A stretch of 60,293 nucleotides of DNA. Source: Acidimicrobiia bacterium. Lineage in GTDB: Bacteria; Actinomycetota; Acidimicrobiia; Spongiisociales; SHLN01. Below, piece by piece: positions 41,718 to 49,314 of this stretch (position 1 is its first letter; each line of letters begins with the position of its first letter). The notes beneath the pieces were generated by a model that saw only the letters and a list, made by a program, of their open reading frames with translations, had not been told where the DNA came from and ran no database searches. The translations under genes and the position numbers were made by a program. The stretch spans positions 1 to 60,293 of the forward strand of contig JABDLU010000118.1 of assembly GCA_013002865.1 (NCBI GenBank). Direction: 5' to 3'.

Positions 41718-43197
41718 CGCCTTCTCCTAATGCTCTCAGCAGGGCGGCCGCGTCCTCCGACCGGTCGAGAAGTTCGGCCACAAGCTCCCGGGTGCCCCGC
41801 AGCGGCTCCATCATAGGCACCCGCTTCAGGGTCTCTTCTCCACTGTCGAACACCAGCGAATCCCAGTTGGCGGCCACCAGCGCATCCCCGTATTTGCGGA
41901 CCGACTTGCCCCGGAAATAGGCCCGGGTGCGATGGGGCGGCTCACTCACGGCGGCGTCGACCTCAGAGGGGGTAAACAGCCGCCGGATCCGGCCGGCCGA
42001 CTGCAGCTTGTAGAACAATCCCTTGGCCGGATTGACATCGTGATACTGCAGCGCCAGCAGCTTCAGCTTGGGTGAGTCCCAGTCGAGGCCGTCCCGATCC
42101 TGATACTCGCGCAGCAGCCGGTACTTGGCGGCCCAGTCGAGCCGATCGGCCGTCAGCAGCGGGTCCTTCTCCAGATCGGCCAGCACCGCCTCCCACTCCT
42201 CGAGCACCTGCTCGTAGGGTCCCGGCAGGTCGGTGTTCTCGGCGTACTTCTTGGCCCATTCCAGGTAGCGGCCCTGCAGCTCGAGGGCCGTGGCGGTGCC
42301 ACCTTCGGCCAGTTCCAGCGGGAGATTCAGGTCGAGGTCGTGCGATACCTGCCAGGTGGCATCGACCGGCTTGGCCAGGCGCAACGAATCGGGGATCGCC
42401 CCGTCTTCGATCGCCATCAGGATCAGGGCCGCCGATCCCAACTTGATGAGGTTCTGGACCTCGCTCATGTTGGCGTCGCCGATGATGACGTGCAGACGAC
42501 GGTACTTGCTCGGGTCGCCGTGCGGTTCGTCCCGGGTGTTGATGATGGGCCGTTTGAGGGTGGTCTCGAGACCGACTTCTTCCTCGAAGAAGTCGGCCCG
42601 CTGGGTGATCTGGAACGGCACTGCGGCTCGTCCGTTCTCGGCTCCCAGTTTGCCGGAGCCGGTATACACCTGGCGGGTGACCAGGAACGTCGTGAAGAAG
42701 TCGACGATGTCGCTGAACGGCAGCTCCCGGTTGATGAGGAAGTTCTCGTGACTCCCGTATGAGTTGCCTTTGCCGTCTGAGTTGTTCTTGTGGATGACGA
42801 GTGACTGGCCATCTTCCAGCAGTGGCTGCGCTTCAGTAGCCGCGCGGGCCAGCACGACCTCTCCGGCCTTGTCGTACAGGGTGGCCTCGAGCGGATCGTA
42901 TGCCTCGGGGGCCGAATATTCCGGATGAGCGTGATCGACGTAGAAGCGGGCCCCGTTGCCGAGCACGACGTTGACCAGCCCGCCGTCGATGTCGGGCATC
43001 ATCCCACCCTCGGGTCCAAAACCCCGGGCGTCCCGGCCGGGCGACTCTTCCTCGTGCGACCACTGGATCTTGGCCCGCAAGCCGGCGTAGGAGTTGACGA
43101 CGATCGACGACGCCAGCACCGGATTGAAGTCGGGCGCATTGCGCATCGAAATGCCGAACTCGGTCTCAGTGCCGATGACTTTGTGGATGGCGCTCAT
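41710..43197 (-). CDS. dop: depupylase/deamidase Dop
   Basis: [18 protein letters not shown]-terminus, PafA/Dop carboxylate-amine ligase fold with an inserted loop, immediately upstream of pup. ATG at 43197 is preferred. The listed TTG start at 43293 lies inside the heptamer array. Confidence 0.95.
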   Translation of the reverse strand: MSAIHKVIGTETEFGISMRNAPDFNPVLASSIVVNSYAGLRAKIQWSHEEESPGRDARGFGPEGGMMPDIDGGLVNVVLGNGARFYVDHAHPEYSAPEAYDPLEATLYDKAGEVVLARAATEAQPLLEDGQSLVIHKNNSDGKGNSYGSHENFLINRELPFSDIVDFFTTFLVTRQVYTGSGKLGAENGRAAVPFQITQRADFFEEEVGLETTLKRPIINTRDEPHGDPSKYRRLHVIIGDANMSEVQNLIKLGSAALILMAIEDGAIPDSLRLAKPVDATWQVSHDLDLNLPLELAEGGTATALELQGRYLEWAKKYAENTDLPGPYEQVLEEWEAVLADLEKDPLLTADRLDWAAKYRLLREYQDRDGLDWDSPKLKLLALQYHDVNPAKGLFYKLQSAGRIRRLFTPSEVDAAVSEPPHRTRAYFRGKSVRKYGDALVAANWDSLVFDSGEETLKRVPMMEPLRGTRELVAELLDRSEDAAALLRALGEGDE

Positions 43198-43280
43198 GGG
43201 CTGGCTGGTGCGGTGGCGGAGTGCATTGGAGGTACAGGGTACCGCCCAACCGACGTTGGCACGAGATTCAGATAGGGGGC

Positions 43281-43343
43281 CAGCAATCAGCAATCAGCAA
43301 TCAGCAATCAGCAATCAGCAATCAGCAATCGGCAATCGGCCAG
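43281..43343 (+). repeat. (CAGCAAT)x7 followed by CGGCAAT and CGGCCAG, a tandem heptanucleotide array
   Basis: Read directly. Seven perfect copies plus two degenerate ones, 84-146 nt upstream of the dop start codon. Confidence 0.9.
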
Positions 43344-43370
43344 AACGTATCCGCGGTCGCTCCCGGCCAA

Positions 43371-43405
43371 GGACTAACGACCAACGACTAACGACTAACG
43401 ACTAC
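43371..43405 (+). repeat. heptanucleotide array GGACTAA-CGACCAA-CGACTAA-CGACTAA-CGACTAC (mRNA sense: GTAGTCG TTAGTCG TTAGTCG TTGGTCG TTAGTCC)
   Basis: Read directly. The last unit contains the arc TAG stop codon (43402-43404). Confidence 0.85.
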
Positions 43406-45126
43406 AAGTACTGACCCGTCGTCGTTGCCTCGATGGTCCGGTTCTCCTTATCGCCTTCGATGAGGGTGCGGACGTAGACGATGCGCTCGCCCTTCTTGCC
43501 GGAGATGCGGGCCCAGTCGTCGGGGTTGGTGGTGTTGGGGAGGTCTTCGTGCTCGCGGAACTCCTGGACGATGGCATCGAGCAGGTCGGTGGTCTTGATA
43601 CCGATCGTTCCGTCGGCGATCTCACGCTTGATGGCTTCCTTCTTGGCTCGCCGCACGATGTTCTCGATCATGGCTCCGGACAGGAAGTCCTTGAAGTACA
43701 GCAGCTCCTTGTCACCGTTGGCATAGGTGACTTCGAGGAACCGGTTGGCGTCCGATGAGTCAAAGACCCGGTCGACGGTCGACCTGATCATCGCTTCGAT
43801 CAGCGCTTGTTTATCGCCGCCGTGGCGACCGAGCTCTTCTTCGTCGAGGGGCAGGTCGGGCAGCAGGTAGATGCCGAAGATCTGGGCGGCGGCTTCCGGC
43901 CCGGGACGCTCGATCTTGATCTTCACGTCGAGCCGGCCGGGGCGCAGAATCGCCGGGTCGATGAGGTCCTCACGGTTGGAGGCGCCGATCACGATGACGT
44001 TCTTGAGCGCCTCGACGCCGTCCAGCTCGGACAGCAGCTGGGGCACGATGGTCGACTCGACGTCGGAGGAGACCCCCGTGCCACGGGTGCGGAACAGCGA
44101 GTCCATCTCGTCGAAGAACACGATGACGGGCACGCCCTCGTCCGACTTCTCCTTGGCCCGCTGAAAGATGACCCGAATTTGGCGCTCCGTCTCACCGACG
44201 TACTTGTTGAGCAGCTCCGGGCCCTTGATGTTCAAGAAGTAGCTGCGGGAATCATCCGACCCGGTCTTTTCAGAGACCGCCTTGGCCAGGCTGTTGGCAA
44301 CGGCCTTGGCGATGAGAGTCTTGCCGCATCCGGGCGGTCCATAGAGGAGGATGCCCTTGGGAGCCTTGAGCTGATAATCGTTGAACCGCTCCTTGTAGAG
44401 GTAAGGCAGCTCCACCGCATCGCGGATGCTCTCAATCTGCTCGCGCAGTCCGCCGACCTGCTCGTAGGTGGTGTCTGGCACCTCTTCGAGGACGAGCTCT
44501 TCGATCTCGGGTCGCAGCAATTTCTCGAATGCGAGACCGGTGCGGGTGTCGAGGCGGACGTGGTCACCCACCCGCAGGAACTCGCTCACCAGCGGGGCGG
44601 CCCGCTCGATGACCCGCTCCTCATCGCCGCGTCCCAGCACGATCAGACGGTGCTCGTCAACCACTTCCTTGACGGCAACGACCTCGCCCTGCGGGTCGAA
44701 ATCGCGGACGTCGATGACGTTGTACGCCTCGTTGAGCAGCACTTCCTGGCCACGCTCGAGCTCTTTGATCTCGAGGGTGGGTTCGACATTGACCCGCAGC
44801 TTGCGACCGCCGGTCATCACGTCAGCGGTGCCGTCCTCGTTGATGCCGAGCACTGTCCCGAATGGGTTGGGCGGCGCGGTGAGCTTCTCGACCTCTTCAC
44901 GCAGTATGGCCAGTTGCTCCCGGGTCTCCTCGAGCACGGCCGCGAGCTTCTCGTTCTGATGGACGGCCTGGGTCAGCTGACCCTTCGCTTCCAGCAACCG
45001 CTCTTCCAGAACCCGGACCCGCCGGGGGGAATCCTGCAGTCTCCGGCGCAGGACTGACAACTCTTCTTCGAGCGTCGCGATGGTGTTTCGCAGCTCGTTG
45101 GCCTCGGGCGACTCGTAACTGCTCAT
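43402..45126 (-). CDS. arc: proteasome-associated AAA ATPase ARC/Mpa
   Basis: N-terminal coiled coil, OB region, Walker A GPPGCGKT, Walker B IVFFDEMD, and the C-terminal gate-opening motif GQYL. Confidence 0.95.
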   Translation of the reverse strand: MSSYESPEANELRNTIATLEEELSVLRRRLQDSPRRVRVLEERLLEAKGQLTQAVHQNEKLAAVLEETREQLAILREEVEKLTAPPNPFGTVLGINEDGTADVMTGGRKLRVNVEPTLEIKELERGQEVLLNEAYNVIDVRDFDPQGEVVAVKEVVDEHRLIVLGRGDEERVIERAAPLVSEFLRVGDHVRLDTRTGLAFEKLLRPEIEELVLEEVPDTTYEQVGGLREQIESIRDAVELPYLYKERFNDYQLKAPKGILLYGPPGCGKTLIAKAVANSLAKAVSEKTGSDDSRSYFLNIKGPELLNKYVGETERQIRVIFQRAKEKSDEGVPVIVFFDEMDSLFRTRGTGVSSDVESTIVPQLLSELDGVEALKNVIVIGASNREDLIDPAILRPGRLDVKIKIERPGPEAAAQIFGIYLLPDLPLDEEELGRHGGDKQALIEAMIRSTVDRVFDSSDANRFLEVTYANGDKELLYFKDFLSGAMIENIVRRAKKEAIKREIADGTIGIKTTDLLDAIVQEFREHEDLPNTTNPDDWARISGKKGERIVYVRTLIEGDKENRTIEATTTGQYL

Positions 45127-45164
45127 TCGGTTCTATCGGTCCTGAACTGGTGGGGCTTTCGCTG

Positions 45165-45192
45165 ATTATAGAAATCGGCCTGAGCAACCTAA
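45165..45192 (-). promoter_or_regulatory. putative sigma-70-type promoter for arc (TTAGGT-16 nt-TATAAT)
   Basis: Perfect TATAAT on the minus strand at 45170-45165, about 38 nt upstream of the arc ATG. The -35 element is weak. Confidence 0.3.
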
Positions 45193-45223
45193 CAGTCCTC
45201 TAGCGGGGATTTCGCGCTTTCGC

Positions 45224-46009
45224 TCAGAGGACAGTCACCTTGCGGGCCGTGGTCAGAAAACCGGTATGGCCGACCATGCGGTGATCCGGCCGGACGGAGC
45301 GGCCGTCGACATTCCATTCCCGATGGAGAACCTCGAAGCTGGAGAGGTCGGCGAAGCAACCGGCGCTTCGCAATGCCTCGCTGGTTTGCTGCACCTGGGG
45401 AACGGTCGGGACATAGGACACCCACAGCGCACCCGACGGCAGGTGGGCGGCGGCGGCGTCGACCACCCCGAACGGCTCCGGCAGGTCGAGCACGATCCGG
45501 TCGGGCCGAACGTCCTCGATGTGATCGGCCACTTCGCCGACCCGCAGGTCGAGATTGCCCGGGATGCCGCCGAAGAAATCGTCGAGGGCGCGGCGGGCAT
45601 GGACCGCATGGTCTTCCCGGCGCTCGACGCTCACCACTCGCCCGTCGGGGCCGACTGCCCGGGTGAGCGCCATGGTGAGCGCGCCGGAACCGGTGCCGGC
45701 TTCCAGCACGGTCACCCCAGGTGCAATATCGCCCCAGATCAGGATCGGCCCGAGGTCCTTCGGGTACACCACCTGGGCGCCCCGTTTCATGTTGAGGATG
45801 TAGTCGGCCAGGCGAGGGCGCACTGCGGTGAGCCGGCCGCCCAGCGAGCTCTGGACGACGCTCCCGTCGGGCAGGCCGATGATGCCGTCGTGCTCGACCG
45901 TCCCATTGTGGAAATGGAACACGGCACCGGCATCCAGGGTGAGCAGAAAGCGCCGCCCCTTGCCGTCGGTCAGCAGACAGTGGTCGCCCTTGGAGAAGTC
46001 AGCCACCAT
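45224..46009 (-). CDS. trmI: tRNA (adenine58-N1)-methyltransferase TrmI
   Basis: N-terminal beta domain (GDHCLLTDGKGRRFLLTL) and SAM-binding VLEAGTGSGALT. ATG at 46009 overlaps the ttuA end by 11 nt. Lies near arc, as in mycobacteria. Confidence 0.85.
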   Translation of the reverse strand: MVADFSKGDHCLLTDGKGRRFLLTLDAGAVFHFHNGTVEHDGIIGLPDGSVVQSSLGGRLTAVRPRLADYILNMKRGAQVVYPKDLGPILIWGDIAPGVTVLEAGTGSGALTMALTRAVGPDGRVVSVERREDHAVHARRALDDFFGGIPGNLDLRVGEVADHIEDVRPDRIVLDLPEPFGVVDAAAAHLPSGALWVSYVPTVPQVQQTSEALRSAGCFADLSSFEVLHREWNVDGRSVRPDHRMVGHTGFLTTARKVTVL

Positions 46010-46916
46010 CGGACATCCGGACCTGGAGGCGGCAGAACGCACACTCCCCGCTGGTGGTGGCCTGTCCGCACGACGTGCAATCGGTGAGCTCAACCTCCTC
46101 CTGATGGGCATCGGCGAACTGGTCGGAGGCCCGGTCCAGGAAGCCGAACAAGAACTGCTGCTTCATGCCGGGCCGCTTGGCCTCCATCTGGTTGAGCCAC
46201 TCCTTGATCCTGATCCCGGTGTTGCCTCCCACCAGCGGGCACTCGTCTACTTCGTAGTCGATGCCCTTCAAGACGCAATAGGCGGCGGTCTCCCGCTCGG
46301 CAATCCGCAGCAGCGGCTTGACCTTGCGCACCAGGCCGCGGCTGGTGGCAGGCAGCACAGGGCGCTGACGGCCGATGTATTCCATATTCCACGTCAGCGT
46401 ATTGCCCATGAGCGTGGCGGCTTCATCGTCGAGATTGTGCCCCATGACGAGCACGTCGTAGCCCCGGTCGTGGGCGATCCGGTTCAGCACGTAGCGCTTG
46501 GAGAGGCCGCACACAGAACAGGCCACCCGCCGGGTCTCTTTGGCCGCTTCGGGGATGGTGAAGCCGTACTCGTCGGCCAGGTCGACGACCTGCAGATCGA
46601 GTTGGCGGTTCTTGGCGAACTGCTCGGCCAGGAGCCGGCTGCTCGAGCTGTAGCCCTTCTCCCCACCGATTCCGAGCTCGATATACACCCCGTCCACCTC
46701 GTAGCCGAGGTCGGTCAGGATGTCCCACAGCGCCAGGCTGTCCTTGCCGCCGGACACACCGAGCAGCAAGCGCTGATCCGGCGCCATCATCCGGTAGTCG
46801 TGGATGGTGCGCTCGACCTGTCGCCGCATATGGTCGAAGAAGTGCTCCTTGCAGAAGACGGCATGATGTCGTCGGATCTCGATCGAGGCCCGCTCACGGC
46901 ATACCCGGCACTTCAT
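45999..46916 (-). CDS. ttuA: TtuA/Ncs6-type tRNA 2-thiolation ATP pyrophosphatase
   Basis: N-terminal Zn finger (CRVC...CKEH), PP-loop SGGKDS, Fe-S cluster cysteines (CSVCG, DECP) and a C-terminal Zn finger (CTSCG...CAFC). Confidence 0.8.
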   Translation of the reverse strand: MKCRVCRERASIEIRRHHAVFCKEHFFDHMRRQVERTIHDYRMMAPDQRLLLGVSGGKDSLALWDILTDLGYEVDGVYIELGIGGEKGYSSSSRLLAEQFAKNRQLDLQVVDLADEYGFTIPEAAKETRRVACSVCGLSKRYVLNRIAHDRGYDVLVMGHNLDDEAATLMGNTLTWNMEYIGRQRPVLPATSRGLVRKVKPLLRIAERETAAYCVLKGIDYEVDECPLVGGNTGIRIKEWLNQMEAKRPGMKQQFLFGFLDRASDQFADAHQEEVELTDCTSCGQATTSGECAFCRLQVRMSDGG

Positions 46917-47116
46917 AGGTGTCCACCCCCTGAGATGACGGGCCGTAGCTCGATGGTGTCGTTCTCATCGACGGCGTCGGTCTTCATCAAAAGCTCGCCA
47001 TCGCGGATCACCAGCACCGTCTCGGGGATGACGTCGAGCGCTCGCAGCACCTCCGAAACCGTCGACTGACCGGCAACCTCGACCTCGCGGCGCGGGTTGC
47101 GCAGGATCACCTTCAC
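46913..47116 (-). CDS. ThiS/MoaD/TtuB-like ubiquitin-fold sulfur carrier with C-terminal extension (..ISGG-GHL)
   Basis: 67 aa with a beta-grasp pattern (DGELLMKTDAVDENDTIELRPVISGG). ATGA overlap with the ttuA start. Confidence 0.7.
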   Translation of the reverse strand: MKVILRNPRREVEVAGQSTVSEVLRALDVIPETVLVIRDGELLMKTDAVDENDTIELRPVISGGGHL

Positions 47117-47205
47117 TGAACGAACAGGGCTCCCAGGGAGCCGAGCATTCCCAGCACGACGATGACCACGAGAATCTTCACCAGGAGATCGCGGTTTCTG
47201 AACAT
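47113..47205 (-). CDS. 30-aa hydrophobic micro-ORF (MFRNRDLLVKILVVIVVLGMLGSLGALFVQ)
   Basis: Too short for the ORF track (shortest listed ORF is 60 aa). ATG at 47205 is preceded by GAGGTGAGG. Its TGA stop overlaps the GTG start of the ThiS-like gene (GTGA). One predicted TM helix. Confidence 0.4.
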   Translation of the reverse strand: MFRNRDLLVKILVVIVVLGMLGSLGALFVQ

Positions 47206-47241
47206 GTCCTCACCTCGCAGAGGCCCTAGATTGAGCGAACA

Positions 47242-48057
47242 ATGAATTTAGCTGGCAAGCAGGCCAAGAGCCTCTTCAAGAGTATCCGAACCGGAAGCCC
47301 ACCCCAGGTGGTCGGGTTGTGGACCGCCGCTGCGGTCGTCGAGCAGATACGCAAGACCCGGCGCCCGGACCGCGAGTTGCTCGTGCGCAAGACGCTCAAG
47401 CCCGGACAGTCGTACGTCATCCGCATGCCCGGACCAGAAGACGAGTCGCTCGCGGTGGGAGTCACGCCCGAAACTCAGGTGGCGACGGTAGAAAGCCGCG
47501 ACGGCTCTATCGCCTCACAGCTCCTCAGCGCCGCATCCGGCTTGATCAGCGCGGCCGCTTCGACCGACGACGAGGCGCCGGCCGTGAATGAGAAAACGGC
47601 CAAGAAGCGGCGCACCAAGAAGCAGGCTGCGCAACTTGCCGCCGAGCAGGAGCCCGTCGAACGCCCACCAAGCCGTCGGTCAAAGCGCCGGGCCGCCCGG
47701 CTGGCCGCGCTCGACGACGCCGACATCGACCGGTCGGCACTCCCCCGCCGTGCTCGCCGCAAGCTGGAACGAGCCGAGCGCCGGGCTCAGAAGCGTCCCA
47801 GCCGGCGCCGGCTGCGCAAAGCCCGCCGCCGCCAGAAGGCGGCCGGCCGGGAGCTCGCCGCAGCGGCCCCTGTCGAAAAGCCGTCGAAGCGGAAGACCCG
47901 CAAGTTGGCGGGCGCCCAACGCGAACTGGAGCGCCGCCAGGAACGACTCGACAAGCGGTCGACCCGTCGACGGCGCCGCAAAGCGCGCAAGGCGGTGCGT
48001 CGAATCGAGAAGCTCAGCCGGACGCGTTCCGAGCCCGGGGCCGGGGACGAGAGCTGA
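47242..48057 (+). CDS. hypothetical protein with an extremely Arg/Lys-rich C-terminal half
   Basis: 271-aa ORF. A roughly 90-aa globular-looking N-terminus, then RRSKRRAARL / RRRLRKARRRQK / RRRRRKARKAVRR tracts. Confidence 0.5.
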   Translation: MNLAGKQAKSLFKSIRTGSPPQVVGLWTAAAVVEQIRKTRRPDRELLVRKTLKPGQSYVIRMPGPEDESLAVGVTPETQVATVESRDGSIASQLLSAASGLISAAASTDDEAPAVNEKTAKKRRTKKQAAQLAAEQEPVERPPSRRSKRRAARLAALDDADIDRSALPRRARRKLERAERRAQKRPSRRRLRKARRRQKAAGRELAAAAPVEKPSKRKTRKLAGAQRELERRQERLDKRSTRRRRRKARKAVRRIEKLSRTRSEPGAGDES

Positions 48058-48068
48058 GTGGGTGAGGC

Positions 48069-48266
48069 TCAGCTGAGGCGGTAGATCTCCAGCTGAGCGC
48101 CGCCCTTCTTACCGGTCCGCTTGCCAAGCAAGTAGACCAGCAGCACGAGGATCACGGCCCCGATCGCCAGGCCGATCCCTGCCTTCTTGGCGCCCGAGGC
48201 GGTGTCGTCCACCGCGGACTGGACCTGGCGAAACTTCGCCTCGAGGTCGGTTCGTTCAATCGCCAT
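48069..48266 (-). CDS. small membrane protein (hypothetical)
   Basis: 65 aa with one TM helix (GIGLAIGAVILVLLVYLLG). Follows the holin-like gene. Confidence 0.45.
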   Translation of the reverse strand: MAIERTDLEAKFRQVQSAVDDTASGAKKAGIGLAIGAVILVLLVYLLGKRTGKKGGAQLEIYRLS

Positions 48267-48268
48267 GG

Positions 48269-48625
48269 CTACTCCCTTGCGTCGCCGTCACGTGCGGGCA
48301 GCACGTCGCGGATGCTGCCGGGGTCTTCGTAGCCCCGCCGTCCCGCCCAGATGACCAGCCCGGCGATCGCTACCAGCAGCAGTGCCGACAACACGTAGCC
48401 GAGGCCACTCCACGCCCGGCCGTCCGGCAACAGGCGAATGATCCACCGGTTGACGGCCACACCACCGAGCAATGCGGCCAGGGCGAACAGGGCGGCGCCG
48501 GCAAAGCCGAACCCGGCTACCTTGCCGAGCCGCTTGGCGGGCTCTACGGTCTCCTGGCGGAGATACTCCTTGGAGAGGTCGAGCGACTCGGAAATCAGTT
48601 CTGGAAGTTCTTGCACACCGGCCAT
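48269..48625 (-). CDS. phage-holin-family-like (DUF1469-type) membrane protein
   Basis: Two TM helices after an amphipathic N-terminus. The arrangement is typical of actinobacterial holin-X type proteins. Confidence 0.5.
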   Translation of the reverse strand: MAGVQELPELISESLDLSKEYLRQETVEPAKRLGKVAGFGFAGAALFALAALLGGVAVNRWIIRLLPDGRAWSGLGYVLSALLLVAIAGLVIWAGRRGYEDPGSIRDVLPARDGDARE

Positions 48626-49215
48626 CAGGCGCCCATTCTCCCCATTCCGAGCAGATGTCGCAAGATGCCGGTCTCGCCGGCCACGATTTTGAGCAAATGC
48701 TCGAGCCGATCCGTGGTCGTCGGGATCTCCAACAGCTCCTGTCGCTCGGGGTGAAGCAACGGAAGCAACGTGGCTGCCTGGTACGAGGCAATGACGGGAT
48801 CGGCGCTGAGCCGGCCGTGAATCGTGGCGGACTCACCGCTCTCGGTTGCGGCGGCGGCGAACCGCTTCCACCCCCGCTCCAGCTCCTCCCGCAGCAGTTC
48901 CAGATCACCCGACCCGGGCGCCTCCTCGAGGTACTCGACCTCAACGAGATCACCAGACCCGGCCGTCCCGCCGGCAACCACGACGCGGCGCCCACCGACT
49001 GCTTCTACGTCCAGCCGGTCGTGCGAAGCGGACGTGTGCGCCAGCACCCGCGCCTCCACCCCGACGTCGCTGCGATGCCCGGCCCGGGCGCTGAACACCG
49101 ACACGAACGAATCGCCGGCGGCAACCGACCGGGCCGCCGAGGCGTCGTGCACGCGCAGCTTGAGCCGCTGGCGGGGCAGCAGCACTCGCGAGCGGATAAC
49201 CAGCGGGAGGGCCAT
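48625..49215 (-). CDS. LON substrate-binding (N-terminal) domain protein
   Basis: LPLVIRSRVLLPRQRLKLRVHD resembles the LON N-domain start, and ASYQAATLLPLLHPERQELLE resembles the C-terminal helix. Confidence 0.6.
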   Translation of the reverse strand: MALPLVIRSRVLLPRQRLKLRVHDASAARSVAAGDSFVSVFSARAGHRSDVGVEARVLAHTSASHDRLDVEAVGGRRVVVAGGTAGSGDLVEVEYLEEAPGSGDLELLREELERGWKRFAAAATESGESATIHGRLSADPVIASYQAATLLPLLHPERQELLEIPTTTDRLEHLLKIVAGETGILRHLLGMGRMGA

Positions 49216-49314
49216 GAGATCAGCCTACGGCCGGTCGGCGCTTGAGCGGGGACTGCAACCGGATGACCCGTTGCGGGGTTCTGTCGAGAGCACCGTCGTA
49301 GCCTCAGGAACCCC

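Noticed and set aside
43198-43293. The longer dop ORF starting at TTG 43293.
   Set aside because: That start lies inside the CAGCAAT repeat array, and the extra 32 aa have no similarity to Dop. ATG 43197 gives the conserved IGTETEFG N-terminus.
45127-45223. A possible terminator hairpin after trmI (CCTCT...AGAGG).
   Set aside because: The stem is short with a long loop and no T-tract. The evidence is too weak to call, so only the TATAAT box is reported, at low confidence.
48269-48625. The holin-family protein as evidence for a prophage.
   Set aside because: There is no endolysin, terminase, capsid or integrase nearby. This small membrane protein family is common in actinobacterial chromosomes.
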